Shown here: in pieces, positions 36,104 to 45,446 of the stretch
Position numbering within the stretch: the stretch's first letter is position 1
How the letters are laid out: each line of letters begins with the position of its first letter
IMG/VR virus record: IMGVR_UViG_3300037484_000495
Location: 1-45,446 of that record
DNA: 45,446 bases
Reading direction: 5' to 3' (one strand)
From: a virus
Lineage: Duplodnaviria; Caudoviricetes
The notes under the pieces: model-generated
Database searches by the model: none
The model's input: the letters and a program-made list of their open reading frames with translations, nothing else
What the model was told of the DNA's origin: nothing
Program-made: the position numbers and the translations under genes

Positions 36104-36511
36104 ATGCCAATCCAGCTTTCGGCTGCAGTTCGTAACGCTCGCCTCGACGCTATCGAGACGGCGATCGGCGCGAGCGCGATCCTGAAGATCCGCACCGGGA
36201 CAGTGCCGGCCGACTGCGCCGCGGCCGACTCAGGGACCGTCCTCGCTACGCTTAACCTGCCGGCCGACTACATGGCCGCGGCGGCGGCCGGCGCGAAGGC
36301 GAAGTCGGGCACCTGGCAGGACGCCACGGCGGACGCCGCAGGCACGGCCGCCCACTACCGGCTCTATGCCTCCGACGGGACGACGTGCCACCTGCAGGGC
36401 ACCGTCACGGGCACCGGCGGCGGTGGCGACATCGAACTCGACAACGTCTCGATCGCGGTCGGCCAGTCGGTCACGATCACCTCTTACAGCTGGACCGACG
36501 GCAATGCGTAG
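36104..36511 (+). CDS. conserved phage structural protein
   Basis: GGGGAG RBS; VRNARLDAI...LKIRTG..P...TVLA...ADAAGTA.HYR...LQG.V...GGD..LDN.SI..GQ.V.ITS, a pattern I recognise from phage virion proteins. Confidence 0.75.
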   Translation: MPIQLSAAVRNARLDAIETAIGASAILKIRTGTVPADCAAADSGTVLATLNLPADYMAAAAAGAKAKSGTWQDATADAAGTAAHYRLYASDGTTCHLQGTVTGTGGGGDIELDNVSIAVGQSVTITSYSWTDGNA

Positions 36512-37379
36512 CCTGCGCCTCGCGGCGCTGCTCGTGCTGGTGGCCTCGCTCGCGTGGCCCGCCATCACCACGCTCGACGGCGTGATCGCCGGCATGCGCC
36601 CCCCCGAGCCGCTGCTCAAGGTCGGGACCACCATGGAGGCCATCGGGATCCGGCACAGCCTGTTCTATGCGACGGGCGTGCCGGGGGCGGCGGTAGCCCC
36701 GTCTCCCGGCCTCGCGGGCGCCGCCCTCACGACCTACGCCGGTCAGATCCCGTGGGTGAACCCAGCCTCTGGAAACAGCTACCTAGCGCGGCTCTCCGTC
36801 TCTGGCTCGCTCGCGGGCCGGCTTCTAGTCTTCGACCGCCTGTGGCACAACAGCGGCATCGCCGTCACCACGACGACGGCGCAGACGATCAACTCCGCGG
36901 CTTGGCCGGCGCGCTGCCCGCCCGCTAGCGGGACGACCCCCGACGTGAACGGCCGGAACATCATCTGCGGGATCGAGGTCTCGACCGCGACGACGAACGC
37001 CGGGGCCATCACCAACACCACGCTCAACTACACGAACGAGAGCGGGACGAGCGGGCGCACCGGAACCATCAGCAGCTTCCCAATCACGGGCGTCGCCGGC
37101 ACCTTCGTGCCATTCCAGCTCGCGGCGGGTGACTTCGGCGTCCGCTCGATCCAGACCGTGACCCTCGGGACGAGCTACGGGGGCGGGGCGATCCACCTGG
37201 TCTGTGGGCGCCTCGTCGCGGAAGCCGAAATCCCGATCCCGAACACGGGGCTCACGCAGGATGCCGTAACCCTCGGCATGCCCAGGCTGTACGACAACAC
37301 CGTCCTCTTCCTGGTCTGGCTGCCGACGGCGACCACGGCCGTGTCGGTCGTTGGCTCGCTTACGGTGACGCAGGGCTGA
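36504..37379 (+). CDS. putative structural protein with signal-peptide-like N-terminus
   Basis: MRSLRLAALLVLVASLAWP-AITTLDGVIAG...DRLWHNSG...YTN..GTSGRT...LAAGD.GVRSIQ. Confidence 0.75.
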   Translation: MRSLRLAALLVLVASLAWPAITTLDGVIAGMRPPEPLLKVGTTMEAIGIRHSLFYATGVPGAAVAPSPGLAGAALTTYAGQIPWVNPASGNSYLARLSVSGSLAGRLLVFDRLWHNSGIAVTTTTAQTINSAAWPARCPPASGTTPDVNGRNIICGIEVSTATTNAGAITNTTLNYTNESGTSGRTGTISSFPITGVAGTFVPFQLAAGDFGVRSIQTVTLGTSYGGGAIHLVCGRLVAEAEIPIPNTGLTQDAVTLGMPRLYDNTVLFLVWLPTATTAVSVVGSLTVTQG

Positions 37380-37381
37380 CG

Positions 37382-38434
37382 ATGCCGAAGCAGGGAGACC
37401 TCGGCGGCACGCGGATCCCGGCGAGCGCCCTCCGTCCGGGCGGCGGGCCCGGCTCGACCCCCGACAACGCCCTAGTCGACGTTGCGGCCGAGGCCGTCTT
37501 CGGTCCGCCCGACGCCGGGGGTGGGGTTTCAGGCTCGGGGGCCTCGACGCTCGCCGGGCTGATCTGCGCCGCCGTCGCCGTGGTGGCGATCGCCGGTAGC
37601 GCGGCGCCGACTCTTGGGGCCGTCCTTGGCAGCGCGGCCGGCACCGTCTCTGTGGTGGGCCAGTCAAGCGCCACGTTGGCGCCCCTGACGCGCAGCGCGG
37701 TCGGTGCGGTCTCTGTGTCGGGGGCGGGCGCTGCGACCCTCGGGGCGCTCATCAGGGCCGCGGGTGGTGCCGTGGCTGTGGCAGGGTCGGGAGCATCCAC
37801 CCTCGGCCAGCTCTCCAGCTCGAGCACGGCGGCCGTCGCCGTCGCGGGAGCGGGCAGCGAGACCCTCGACGCCTCGGGTGGGTCCTCCGCGGGCACGGTC
37901 GCCAGCCCTGGGATCAACGGGGTCGGGGCGGGCACGCTGGCGGCGATCCTCTCGGCCGGATCCGGGACCGTGGAGGTTGACGGCTCGGCAATCTCGCACC
38001 TGGATGCCATCGCCGGATCCTCAGCCGGTCAGGTGGCTGTGGCAGGCGCAGGGGGGGCCACCCTCGCTCCGCTCGGGCCCGTCGGCTCGGGATCCGTCGA
38101 GATTGCAGGCAGCGGGGCCGAGCACCTCGAAGACCTGGCGGGCTCGGCGCAGGGGGCGGTCGAGGTGGAGGGATCTGGCGCCGCCGCCCTCGCCGAGCTC
38201 GTGGGCACAGCCTCGGGGGCCGCCGGCCTGGGCGAGGTCGTGGGCCAGGCGGCCGTCACGCTTGAGCCGCTGCTCGCCGCCGCCGCGGGTTCGGTCGTCG
38301 ACCCCGTGCACCTCCGCTTCGCCGTGACGCTGCTGTCCGAGGAGCGTTTCACCATCACGGTAGGCCAGCGCCAGGCGATCCCGCTGACGCTCACGCAGGA
38401 GCAGCGCTTCGGGGTGGAGGTCCACGATGCATGA
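37382..38434 (+). CDS. Gly/Ala/Ser-rich repeat fibre-like protein
   Basis: About a dozen ~21-aa repeats VxGxGAxTLxxLxxxAxGxV. Confidence 0.75.
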   Translation: MPKQGDLGGTRIPASALRPGGGPGSTPDNALVDVAAEAVFGPPDAGGGVSGSGASTLAGLICAAVAVVAIAGSAAPTLGAVLGSAAGTVSVVGQSSATLAPLTRSAVGAVSVSGAGAATLGALIRAAGGAVAVAGSGASTLGQLSSSSTAAVAVAGAGSETLDASGGSSAGTVASPGINGVGAGTLAAILSAGSGTVEVDGSAISHLDAIAGSSAGQVAVAGAGGATLAPLGPVGSGSVEIAGSGAEHLEDLAGSAQGAVEVEGSGAAALAELVGTASGAAGLGEVVGQAAVTLEPLLAAAAGSVVDPVHLRFAVTLLSEERFTITVGQRQAIPLTLTQEQRFGVEVHDA

Positions 38435-38747
38435 AGAAGGGCCGCAGAGGCGCGAGCTGATCGCGGGCTGCGCGGGGTGTTCGATCGCGTTCGACGTCGA
38501 GAACCCGGACGGGACGCCGTTCGACCTGACGGACTGGGCCGCGTTCATCCGCTTCCGGATCGGTGTCGGGGCCGACCAAGACCGGCCCATGGTGGTCGAC
38601 GATGCGCCCGCCGGGGCCTGCTCCTACACGTTCGAGGCTGGCGAGCTGACGCTGGGCCAGATGATCGCAGCGGGGCGCTTCGAGAAGGGCGAGAAGGTGC
38701 TGTGGTCGAAGGACCGGCCGCGCCTGCGCGTGAGGCCGCCGCTGTGA
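38427..38747 (+). CDS. BppU N-terminal-like (Ig-fold) adaptor protein
   Basis: FDVENPDGTPFDLT...IRFR...AGACSYTFEAGEL. Confidence 0.6.
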   Translation: MHEEGPQRRELIAGCAGCSIAFDVENPDGTPFDLTDWAAFIRFRIGVGADQDRPMVVDDAPAGACSYTFEAGELTLGQMIAAGRFEKGEKVLWSKDRPRLRVRPPL

Positions 38748-39820
38748 TGCCACTGTACGGCTCGCTCGGACCCCTGACGCTCGGGGGTCTGGCGCAAACA
38801 GGACCCCGACTAGAAGATGTCGTGTGGATGCAGACCACTGGTGTAACGGTAACCGGCAACAGCATGACTAAGACCGGGGTTGACGGGTGGAATGCCGGCG
38901 GAATCTCGAAGCAGATGTTCGACTCCGGTGACGGCTATGTCGAATGGACCGCAACCGAGACGAACAAATACCGCCTTGTTGGTCTATCTCAATGGAACGT
39001 CGATGAGGGTTATGCTGACCCTGACATTGGGGTCAACCTTCAGGCGAATGGCATCATTGGGGTATTTGAGAACACCGTGTCGAAGGGGACGTTCGGGGCA
39101 TTCACGGCGGGCGACGTGTTCCGCGTATCGGTGGAGAGCGGCGTCTTCAAGTGCTACCGGAACGCGGCACTCTTCTACACCTCTGCGACGCAGCCGCCAA
39201 AGTACCCCATCATCGTGGACTCGTCCATGTACGGAAACGGCTCTACGGTGACAAACGCCAAGATCTACGGCCTAATCTCTGACCCCGCTCACTATCTGCT
39301 GGCAATGGGCGACAGTAAGACATTCCAGAACGGATTCCAGGCCTTTCTGGCGCTGGATATTGGCTACACCATGATTGACTCGCTGGCAGCCAATTCGAGA
39401 ACCACGGCGCAGGCCAAGTCCATCATAGACGCCGACCTCGCCTCGCATCGAAGGTTTGCCGGGACGGAGGCGGTGCTCATCAATTTCGGGGCCGCCGAAG
39501 TGCAAGCGATGCCGACCCAGGCTAACTTCGAGGCAGACATGACCTACATCGCGGATGCGATTCACGTGAAGTGGCCCACGGCTCAGGTGTACATCATGAG
39601 ACCGTGGAGGAGAGGCGAGGACGCAGACTCCGACACGCTGGCAACCTGGATAGGGAACGTCGTGGCGTCGCGCTCAACCTTCGTCCATCTCGGTCCAGAC
39701 GAGAGGGTGTTCCTCGAGAACGGAGACAACGGCGTTACGTATACCAGCGACGGTGTCCATCCGAACGTCGCGGGCTATGAACTAACCGCAACACAATGGC
39801 GGACCGTGTTGGGCTACTGA
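38747..39820 (+). CDS. SPRY/lectin-like domain + SGNH/GDSL esterase (virion-associated candidate)
   Basis: TGATG coupling; GWNAGGIS..GDGYVEW; MGDS; DGVHP. Confidence 0.8.
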   Translation: MPLYGSLGPLTLGGLAQTGPRLEDVVWMQTTGVTVTGNSMTKTGVDGWNAGGISKQMFDSGDGYVEWTATETNKYRLVGLSQWNVDEGYADPDIGVNLQANGIIGVFENTVSKGTFGAFTAGDVFRVSVESGVFKCYRNAALFYTSATQPPKYPIIVDSSMYGNGSTVTNAKIYGLISDPAHYLLAMGDSKTFQNGFQAFLALDIGYTMIDSLAANSRTTAQAKSIIDADLASHRRFAGTEAVLINFGAAEVQAMPTQANFEADMTYIADAIHVKWPTAQVYIMRPWRRGEDADSDTLATWIGNVVASRSTFVHLGPDERVFLENGDNGVTYTSDGVHPNVAGYELTATQWRTVLGY

Positions 39821-39830
39821 GGAGCAGACC

Positions 39831-40730
39831 ATGCTGGAGCAAGTCGGCAACGCGGTCACGTTCGTTGGCTGGTTCACTGCGGCCAAGGTCGGGGTACCCG
39901 GACTCACGGTTACGTGTGATGTGTACCGCCTCGGCGCCGGCATCATCGTGACTGGCGCCAGTGCATCTGCCGTCGGTGGCGGGCTGTACTCCTACACGCT
40001 GGCGAGTGGCAGTACAGGCACCCCGGACGACTATTACGCCATCTTCAAGACGACGGATGCCACGGTCGACATGAAGCATACCCCGTCGATGTGGGCCGTG
40101 GGCAAGGCGGGGATCGAGAACCTGGACGCCACGATCAGCAGCAGGCTCGCCTCAGCAGGCTACACGGCGCCTCCGAGCGCAGCCGCCAACGCTGACGCCG
40201 TGTGGGACGAGGCGCTCTCCGGGCACGCCGTAGCGGGCTCAGCAGGAGCGAGCCTCAGCGCGGCGGGAGCATCCGGCGATCCGCTGCTCAACGCTGTACC
40301 TGGAACCTACCTCAGCGGGACCGCGGGCCACGCCCTCGGCCGCATCGGCTCCGCCAACGTCACCGTCGTCGCCCCCGTGTCGGCAGACGGCACCGTGCTC
40401 ACCCTCGTGCGAGGCGACGACTACGCGGCAGCGGACGGCCGCGCCCTCGACTTCCTGGCCCCGACCGCAGGGTGGCCCAACCTGACCGCCGCCACCATCG
40501 CGATTACGGTCCGCAAGCCCGACGACTCGATCCTGCTCGCCGACTCAGGCAGCGTGGTCACGCCCACGGGGGCGAGCGCAAAGGTGCGTGTCGAGCTGTC
40601 CAGCGCCGATACCGAGATACTGGTGCCCGGCTGCCGCTTCGACGTCGAGGCCACGCTCTCGAGTTCGCGCATCGTGACCCTCGTCGAGGGCACCGTGGTC
40701 GTGGTCTCGGACCAGACGAGGCATCCCTGA
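39831..40730 (+). CDS. putative structural protein with C-terminal BppU-like domain
   Basis: GAGGAG RBS; GGGLYSY, LDATISSR, ADAVWDE..GH..AGS.G, LVRGDDY, VELSSADT..FDVE. Confidence 0.7.
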   Translation: MLEQVGNAVTFVGWFTAAKVGVPGLTVTCDVYRLGAGIIVTGASASAVGGGLYSYTLASGSTGTPDDYYAIFKTTDATVDMKHTPSMWAVGKAGIENLDATISSRLASAGYTAPPSAAANADAVWDEALSGHAVAGSAGASLSAAGASGDPLLNAVPGTYLSGTAGHALGRIGSANVTVVAPVSADGTVLTLVRGDDYAAADGRALDFLAPTAGWPNLTAATIAITVRKPDDSILLADSGSVVTPTGASAKVRVELSSADTEILVPGCRFDVEATLSSSRIVTLVEGTVVVVSDQTRHP

Positions 40731-41194
40731 TGGCGAAGAGGGGTCAGCGGCGAACATACCGTCCGCCGTCGGAGCGAAAGCGGAAGCTCGCCGCCGCCCT
40801 CTCTGCTGGCATGTCAGGTCGCGACGCGGCCTTGGCCGCCGGCTACCCAGATACCGCGCGCGTGCGGAAGGGCGTGACGGCCACCATCGCGCGGCGGGAT
40901 CCGTGGGTCCAGGCGGAGATCCTGAAGGGCCGCGCTCGGTTTGAGCAGGCCGTGTTTGCGAGCCTCTATCACCTGCTCGTGACTCTTGGCGTCGAGCGCC
41001 CAAAGCCAGGAATGGAGAAGCTTGGCGACATTCCGCTTGTCGAGGCCGTCAAGCGTGGGCTGTCGTCCGAGGTGCTGCGGGCTGCGGGATGGCTCAAGGA
41101 CGGACGCCTCGAGCTGGTCGGGCGGGATGGCGAGGCCGTAGTCGTCAAGATCGAGCGAGTCATTGTGGATGGAAGCGCGCACGCTCAGGATTGA
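40730..41194 (+). CDS. terS: terminase small subunit
   Basis: DAALAAGY motif; C-terminal LELVGRDGEAV..IERVIVD; overlaps terL. Confidence 0.75.
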   Translation: MAKRGQRRTYRPPSERKRKLAAALSAGMSGRDAALAAGYPDTARVRKGVTATIARRDPWVQAEILKGRARFEQAVFASLYHLLVTLGVERPKPGMEKLGDIPLVEAVKRGLSSEVLRAAGWLKDGRLELVGRDGEAVVVKIERVIVDGSAHAQD

Positions 41195-42449
41195 GACGCC
41201 TCGCGTCTTCGCCCCGCTGCTGCAACCGGCGCGCTACAAAGGCGCGTACGGAGGGCGGGGCTCCGGCAAGTCGCACACGTTCGCCGAGCTGCTCATCGAA
41301 CGCGCAATGCTCCGGCCGGGCCTCCGCGCCGTCTGCGTTCGCGAAGTGCAGCGCAGCCTGGAGCAGTCCGTCAAGAGGTTGCTCGACGACAAGCTCGCAT
41401 CCTTCAACCTGGCCCCGACTTTCCGCAGCGCCAAGACGCAGATCGAGACCCCCGGCGGCGGGCTCATCATCTTCCAGGGCATGCAGGACCACACCGCCGA
41501 CTCAATCAAGAGCCTGGAAGGGTATGACGTGGCCTGGGTCGAGGAGGCTCAGTCTCTCTCGCAGCGCTCGCTTGACCTCCTGCGCCCGACGATCCGAAAG
41601 CCGGAGTCGGAAATCTGGTTCTCCTGGAATCCGAGGAACGACACGGACCCCGTCGACGCCTTCTTCAGAAAGACGAAGCCACCAGACGCAACGCTCGTCC
41701 GCTCCAGCTACGGAGATAACCCGTGGTTTCCGGAAGTGCTGCGGCGGGAGATGGAGTGGGATCGCGCGCACGACCCGGACAAGTACGCCTATGTCTGGCT
41801 CGGCGAGTACGAGCAGCACAGCGAAGCGCGCGTCTTTCGTAACTGGCGCGTCGAGGAGTTCGAGACGCCACAGGGGACCGTCTTCTACTTCGGGGCCGAT
41901 TGGGGCTTCGCGGTTGACCCGACCGTCCTTATCCGCTGCTGGCTCGACGAGCGTAGGCTGTACGTGGACGCCGAAGAATACGCGGTTGGCTGCGAGATCG
42001 ACGCGACGCCGGCCCTCTTCGACAGGCTGGGAAACGGGATGGCGCGCTCCTGGCGCATCACGGCGGACAGCGCGCGTCCGGAGACGATCAGCTACATGCG
42101 GCGCCACGGATACGAGCACATTGAGCCGGCTCGCAAGGGCCCCGGAAGCGTCGAGGAGGGCGTCGCCTTCCTGAAGAGCTACGAGATCGTCGTACACCCG
42201 CGGTGCCAGCACACAATCGACGAGCTGACGTGCTACCGCTACAAGACGGATCCGCTGACGGCCCGCGTGCTGCCCATCCTGAGCGAGAAGAAGAATCACG
42301 TCATTGACGCCTTGCGCTATGCGGTCGAGTGCTTGCGGAATGCTGTCGGAACAGCCCTCGCGATCGAGAAGCCCGATACGAAGGGGTTGGCCGGGAACTA
42401 CGGCGCAGAGACGGGCGGGCTATTCGGCCGCCCAGGAGCGAGACCATGA
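41169..42449 (+). CDS. terL: terminase large subunit, PBSX/SPP1 family
   Basis: YGGRGSGKS, IKSLEG, WVEEA, SWNP, GADWGF..DP, ADSARP, NHVIDALRYA. Confidence 0.97.
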   Translation: MEARTLRIETPRVFAPLLQPARYKGAYGGRGSGKSHTFAELLIERAMLRPGLRAVCVREVQRSLEQSVKRLLDDKLASFNLAPTFRSAKTQIETPGGGLIIFQGMQDHTADSIKSLEGYDVAWVEEAQSLSQRSLDLLRPTIRKPESEIWFSWNPRNDTDPVDAFFRKTKPPDATLVRSSYGDNPWFPEVLRREMEWDRAHDPDKYAYVWLGEYEQHSEARVFRNWRVEEFETPQGTVFYFGADWGFAVDPTVLIRCWLDERRLYVDAEEYAVGCEIDATPALFDRLGNGMARSWRITADSARPETISYMRRHGYEHIEPARKGPGSVEEGVAFLKSYEIVVHPRCQHTIDELTCYRYKTDPLTARVLPILSEKKNHVIDALRYAVECLRNAVGTALAIEKPDTKGLAGNYGAETGGLFGRPGARP

Positions 42450-44137
42450 CGACGTGGAGCAAGGACAAACCCGACTTTATGGGGCGCCCCTCGGGGCTGA
42501 TCGATGGCCTCCCGAGGGACGAGCGTCGGGCGCTCGGCGCTCCCCTCTCGCCGGCTCGCGGACTCGCGCGCTTCATCCCCGAGGGCGTTCGCCGTCGCAT
42601 CGTCGAGGCCATGGGCGGAGGCTCGCTCCTCGGCCAGTGGCAGGGCGGGACAGGAGACGAGGACTTCTCCGGCTACCGGCCGCTCGGCCAGCGAATCGAC
42701 GGCATCACGCGGGACCTCGACGCGTGGACGTACGACCGGCAGATCAGGATGGCGCTCTACCTCTACGCGACGAACCCGCTGGCCGCGTGGCTGATCGACA
42801 ACCTGGTGGACGTGACACTGGGGCAGCGCGTCGGGTTCACGTTCGCGATCGACGCCGAGAAGGCGAATCTCGGAGCACTCGGCGGCGACAACCGCGCTCA
42901 GGGCGTCGTCGACTCGGCTCAGCAGCACCTTGCGACGTTCTGGACGCACCCGGCCCACAGCCTCGACACGCGCGCCCGCGAGTACGCGACGACGCACCTG
43001 GTGACGGGAGCGCTGCTCCTGCCGGTCACCTTCGCGGAGCTCGCTGGCAAGCCGATCGACGGACTCCCGATGCTCGACCTGATCGACGCCCAGCAGATCG
43101 CGAAGGTCGAGAGCGCGGACAAGTCGGCCATGGTCCCCGGCAAGGTCTGGTATCGGGCCCCGGGCTACGAGGGCGACTCGAAGCCCATCGAAGTCATCCG
43201 GCAGCGGGAACGCGGCGGCATCCTGGAGGGTCAGGCCTTCTACTTCCCACACCGTAAGCTCCTGAACCAGCTGATGGGTACCTCGTACCTCCTCGACGTG
43301 GTCGACTGGCTCGACCGCCACGACCAGTTCCTCTTCAACGCGCTCGACCGCGGGAAGCTCGCGAACGCCTTCGCCTGGCTCATCAAGATGGAGGGGTTTA
43401 CGGAGGCGCAGTGCATCGCCTACGCGAAGAAGCTCAAGACGGAAGGACTTCTGGGCGGACCCGGCTCCGTCGTGGTCACGAACGCCAAGGGCGGGCTCGA
43501 GGCCGTGTCGCCGAACCTGCAATCGGGCGACGTCGACATCATGGCGCGGACCTTCCGGCTCCACATCCTCGGGTCCAAGAGCCGGCCGGAGTCGTGGTAT
43601 GCGAGCGGCGGCGAAACGAACCGGGCGACCGCGGGCGACCAGACGGACGTGGCCTACAAGAACCTGCAGGCCTGGCAGGACACCTTCCGCGGCTGGTTTG
43701 AGACCATGCTGGCGTTCGCGTACGACCAGGGGCGCGCGGCACAGGGCGAGCTTCGGAGATCGTGGCCCGAGCGGTCGAGCGGCGCCGTCACCATCGCTGC
43801 GGTGCTCCCCAACGTGAAGGAGCGCGACTATGTGAAGGCGGGCGAGGCGGTCGACAAGATCGCGACCGGCCTCGAGTCGGGGATCTCCGGCGAGCTGATC
43901 TCGCGCAAGACGTCGCGGTCCGTTTTCCTGTCGGCGGCGGCGAAGCTCAGCGGCACGGAGATCGACCAGGCGAAGGAGGAGGCGCTCATCGAAGGCGAGG
44001 CCGAGGAGCGCGAGAAGAAGGCGGCCGAGATTGCCAACCAGCGCATGGCGGCGGCGCTCGACCAGGTGCCCGGACGGAGCCCGGGCGGCGAGCCAGAGCC
44101 CGACGCCGACGAGGCCGCCGCCGGGGAAGCGGCGTAG
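42446..44137 (+). CDS. portal protein
   Basis: AGGAG RBS, ATG 42446; ~563 aa after terL; YATNPLA, ETNRATA. Confidence 0.85.
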   Translation: MTTWSKDKPDFMGRPSGLIDGLPRDERRALGAPLSPARGLARFIPEGVRRRIVEAMGGGSLLGQWQGGTGDEDFSGYRPLGQRIDGITRDLDAWTYDRQIRMALYLYATNPLAAWLIDNLVDVTLGQRVGFTFAIDAEKANLGALGGDNRAQGVVDSAQQHLATFWTHPAHSLDTRAREYATTHLVTGALLLPVTFAELAGKPIDGLPMLDLIDAQQIAKVESADKSAMVPGKVWYRAPGYEGDSKPIEVIRQRERGGILEGQAFYFPHRKLLNQLMGTSYLLDVVDWLDRHDQFLFNALDRGKLANAFAWLIKMEGFTEAQCIAYAKKLKTEGLLGGPGSVVVTNAKGGLEAVSPNLQSGDVDIMARTFRLHILGSKSRPESWYASGGETNRATAGDQTDVAYKNLQAWQDTFRGWFETMLAFAYDQGRAAQGELRRSWPERSSGAVTIAAVLPNVKERDYVKAGEAVDKIATGLESGISGELISRKTSRSVFLSAAAKLSGTEIDQAKEEALIEGEAEEREKKAAEIANQRMAAALDQVPGRSPGGEPEPDADEAAAGEAA

Positions 44138-44149
44138 CAGCGGAGGCGC

Positions 44150-44941
44150 GTGGCTACCGTCTACCGAATCCGCCCCATCCTGCGACGCCGAGCGGCGATC
44201 GAGGATGCCGCTGTCCGCGCCCAGCTGCGGATCCTGCGGGCCGCCCGGCGGGACATCCTCGCGGCCATGGTCGACGCCGGGGCCTTCGACCGCTGGCGCC
44301 TGCAGCAGCTCCTGGGAGCGATCGACCGCGTGATCGCCCAGGCGCGAGGCTTCGGCGAGACGGCAGCCGCGGCCTCCACCGAACAGGCTTTCGCCCTTGG
44401 CGCCTCCGTGCTGCCGGGGAGCCTCGTCGGCATGTCGCGCGAGCTCGCTCAGGCCATCGTCACCGTGACCACCGACCAGGTGCGGGACGTGTGGGGGGAG
44501 CTGGGCTCGAACCTCAAGCGCTTGGTCCGGCGCGCGGCCCTTGGGGTGACGGACCCATTCAAGGCCATGCAGCAGCTCGCTCGCCTCATCCGCGACCCGA
44601 AGACGTTCGGCCGGGCCTTCTGGCGCGCGGAGTCGATCATCCGGACGGAGGTCGGCAGGGCCTTTTCGATCGCGAGCCAGGACAGCCTTGAGCAGGCGGC
44701 GGCGCGCGGCGGCAAGTCCGGGATCACCATCCGAAAATACTGGCTGACGGCCCATGACGAGCGCGTCCGCGAGACGCACCGCCAGGCCGGCATCGACTAC
44801 GCGATCGGCAAGGCCATCGCGGCGGACGCGTTCTTCGTGGTAGGCGGGGAGCGCCTCAAGGAGCCGCTCGACCCGAACGGGAGCGCGGGCGAGACCATCA
44901 ACTGCCGGTGCGTGAGCGTGCCGGTTGTAATCCTAGACTGA
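44150..44941 (+). CDS. minor head protein (Mu gpF/SPP1 gp7-like)
   Basis: RAESIIRTE, KYWLTAHDERVRETH, ETINCRC. Confidence 0.92.
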   Translation: MATVYRIRPILRRRAAIEDAAVRAQLRILRAARRDILAAMVDAGAFDRWRLQQLLGAIDRVIAQARGFGETAAAASTEQAFALGASVLPGSLVGMSRELAQAIVTVTTDQVRDVWGELGSNLKRLVRRAALGVTDPFKAMQQLARLIRDPKTFGRAFWRAESIIRTEVGRAFSIASQDSLEQAAARGGKSGITIRKYWLTAHDERVRETHRQAGIDYAIGKAIAADAFFVVGGERLKEPLDPNGSAGETINCRCVSVPVVILD

Positions 44942-44950
44942 GGAGGAGTT

Positions 44951-45304
44951 ATGGCGAAGGACGAGAAGACAAACGAGGGGCAGGACCAGGGCGCACCGGC
45001 CGGCGAGGTGAAGGCCGCAACGACGACGCCGCCCCCGGCACCGGTGCGCGCCGACCGCATCGTCCAGGCGATCAAGGCGCTCGGTCTCGACAGGGCCAAG
45101 CACGTCCTCGCCGCGCGGGAGTACCCCGACCGCGTCGTGATCGTGACCAACGGCGGGCAGAAACTCACCTACCCCGGCGACGAGGCCAGGGCGGCGAGCC
45201 TCACGGACGCGCAGAAGGACGGCATCCCGCAGGACACCCCGCACAAGAACACCCAGGCGAAGGCGAAGGCCACCCGCGAGGCGGAAGCCAAGGCTGGGAA
45301 GTAG
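44951..45304 (+). CDS. hypothetical protein
   Basis: GAGGAGG RBS; VVIVTNGGQKL. Confidence 0.75.
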   Translation: MAKDEKTNEGQDQGAPAGEVKAATTTPPPAPVRADRIVQAIKALGLDRAKHVLAAREYPDRVVIVTNGGQKLTYPGDEARAASLTDAQKDGIPQDTPHKNTQAKAKATREAEAKAGK

Positions 45305-45309
45305 GCCCC

Positions 45310-45446
45310 GTGTCCCTGTTCCCGCCAGCCAGCGAGCGTTTCGCCGAGGGGCAGCCACCGGTGCGCGTTCCTGAGCTGGCGGGGATCTTGGGCTGCTCGC
45401 GGGCCTGGCTCTACAAGCTGATCGGGGCTGGGGTGCTCCACCCCGG
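45310..45446 (+). CDS. 5' part of the HTH_17-like protein (continues to 206 across the join)
   Basis: GTG 45310; VPELAGILGCSRAWLYKLI helix-turn-helix. Confidence 0.8.
   Translation, partial: MSLFPPASERFAEGQPPVRVPELAGILGCSRAWLYKLIGAGVLHP
45320..45446. repeat. second copy of the 127-bp terminal overlap
   Basis: Identical to 1-127. Confidence 0.97.

Noticed and set aside
42398-44779. 793-aa minus-strand ORF
   Set aside because: Antisense shadow of the portal and gpF genes
45320-45446. 127-bp terminal repeat as a physical direct terminal repeat
   Set aside because: Length matches a common assembler k-mer, it falls mid-gene, and the PBSX/SPP1-type terminase suggests headful packaging
1-45446. 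CRISPR array, DGR/retron, invertible tail cassette, tRNA genes, alternative genetic code
   Set aside because: No repeat-spacer array, reverse transcriptase, serine invertase or cloverleaf seen; genes are intact in the standard code with normal TAG/TGA stops

Overview
The window is a complete, circularly assembled genome of a high-GC temperate siphovirus-like phage. Unique length is 45,319 bp; bases 1-127 repeat at 45320-45446. Nearly all genes are on the + strand. Gene order: fused protease/scaffold/Mu-gpT-like capsid; neck and tail genes, with a clear GGGAAAA -1 frameshift in the tail chaperone; tape measure; tail tip; a minus-strand lipoprotein; xis-like HTH and tyrosine integrase; a small XRE regulator and antirepressor; YqaJ/RecT recombination genes; AAA ATPase; adenine methyltransferase; replication initiator with an internal iteron origin; small accessory genes; TIGR02594-type endolysin; a full one-piece tmRNA; envelope and holin-like genes; a second structural module upstream of the terminase; PBSX-type terminase; portal; gpF-like minor head protein. 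Most notable: (1) the tmRNA sits inside the lysis operon, is preceded by a tRNA-sized structured element with the same leader, and is spanned by an ORF coupled at both ends; (2) apparently structural proteins carry Sec-type signal peptides; (3) a WAGCG-N3-CGCTW operator is shared by three TAGATT promoters, with no classical cI/cro switch. All calls come from reading motifs by eye; no database search was run.
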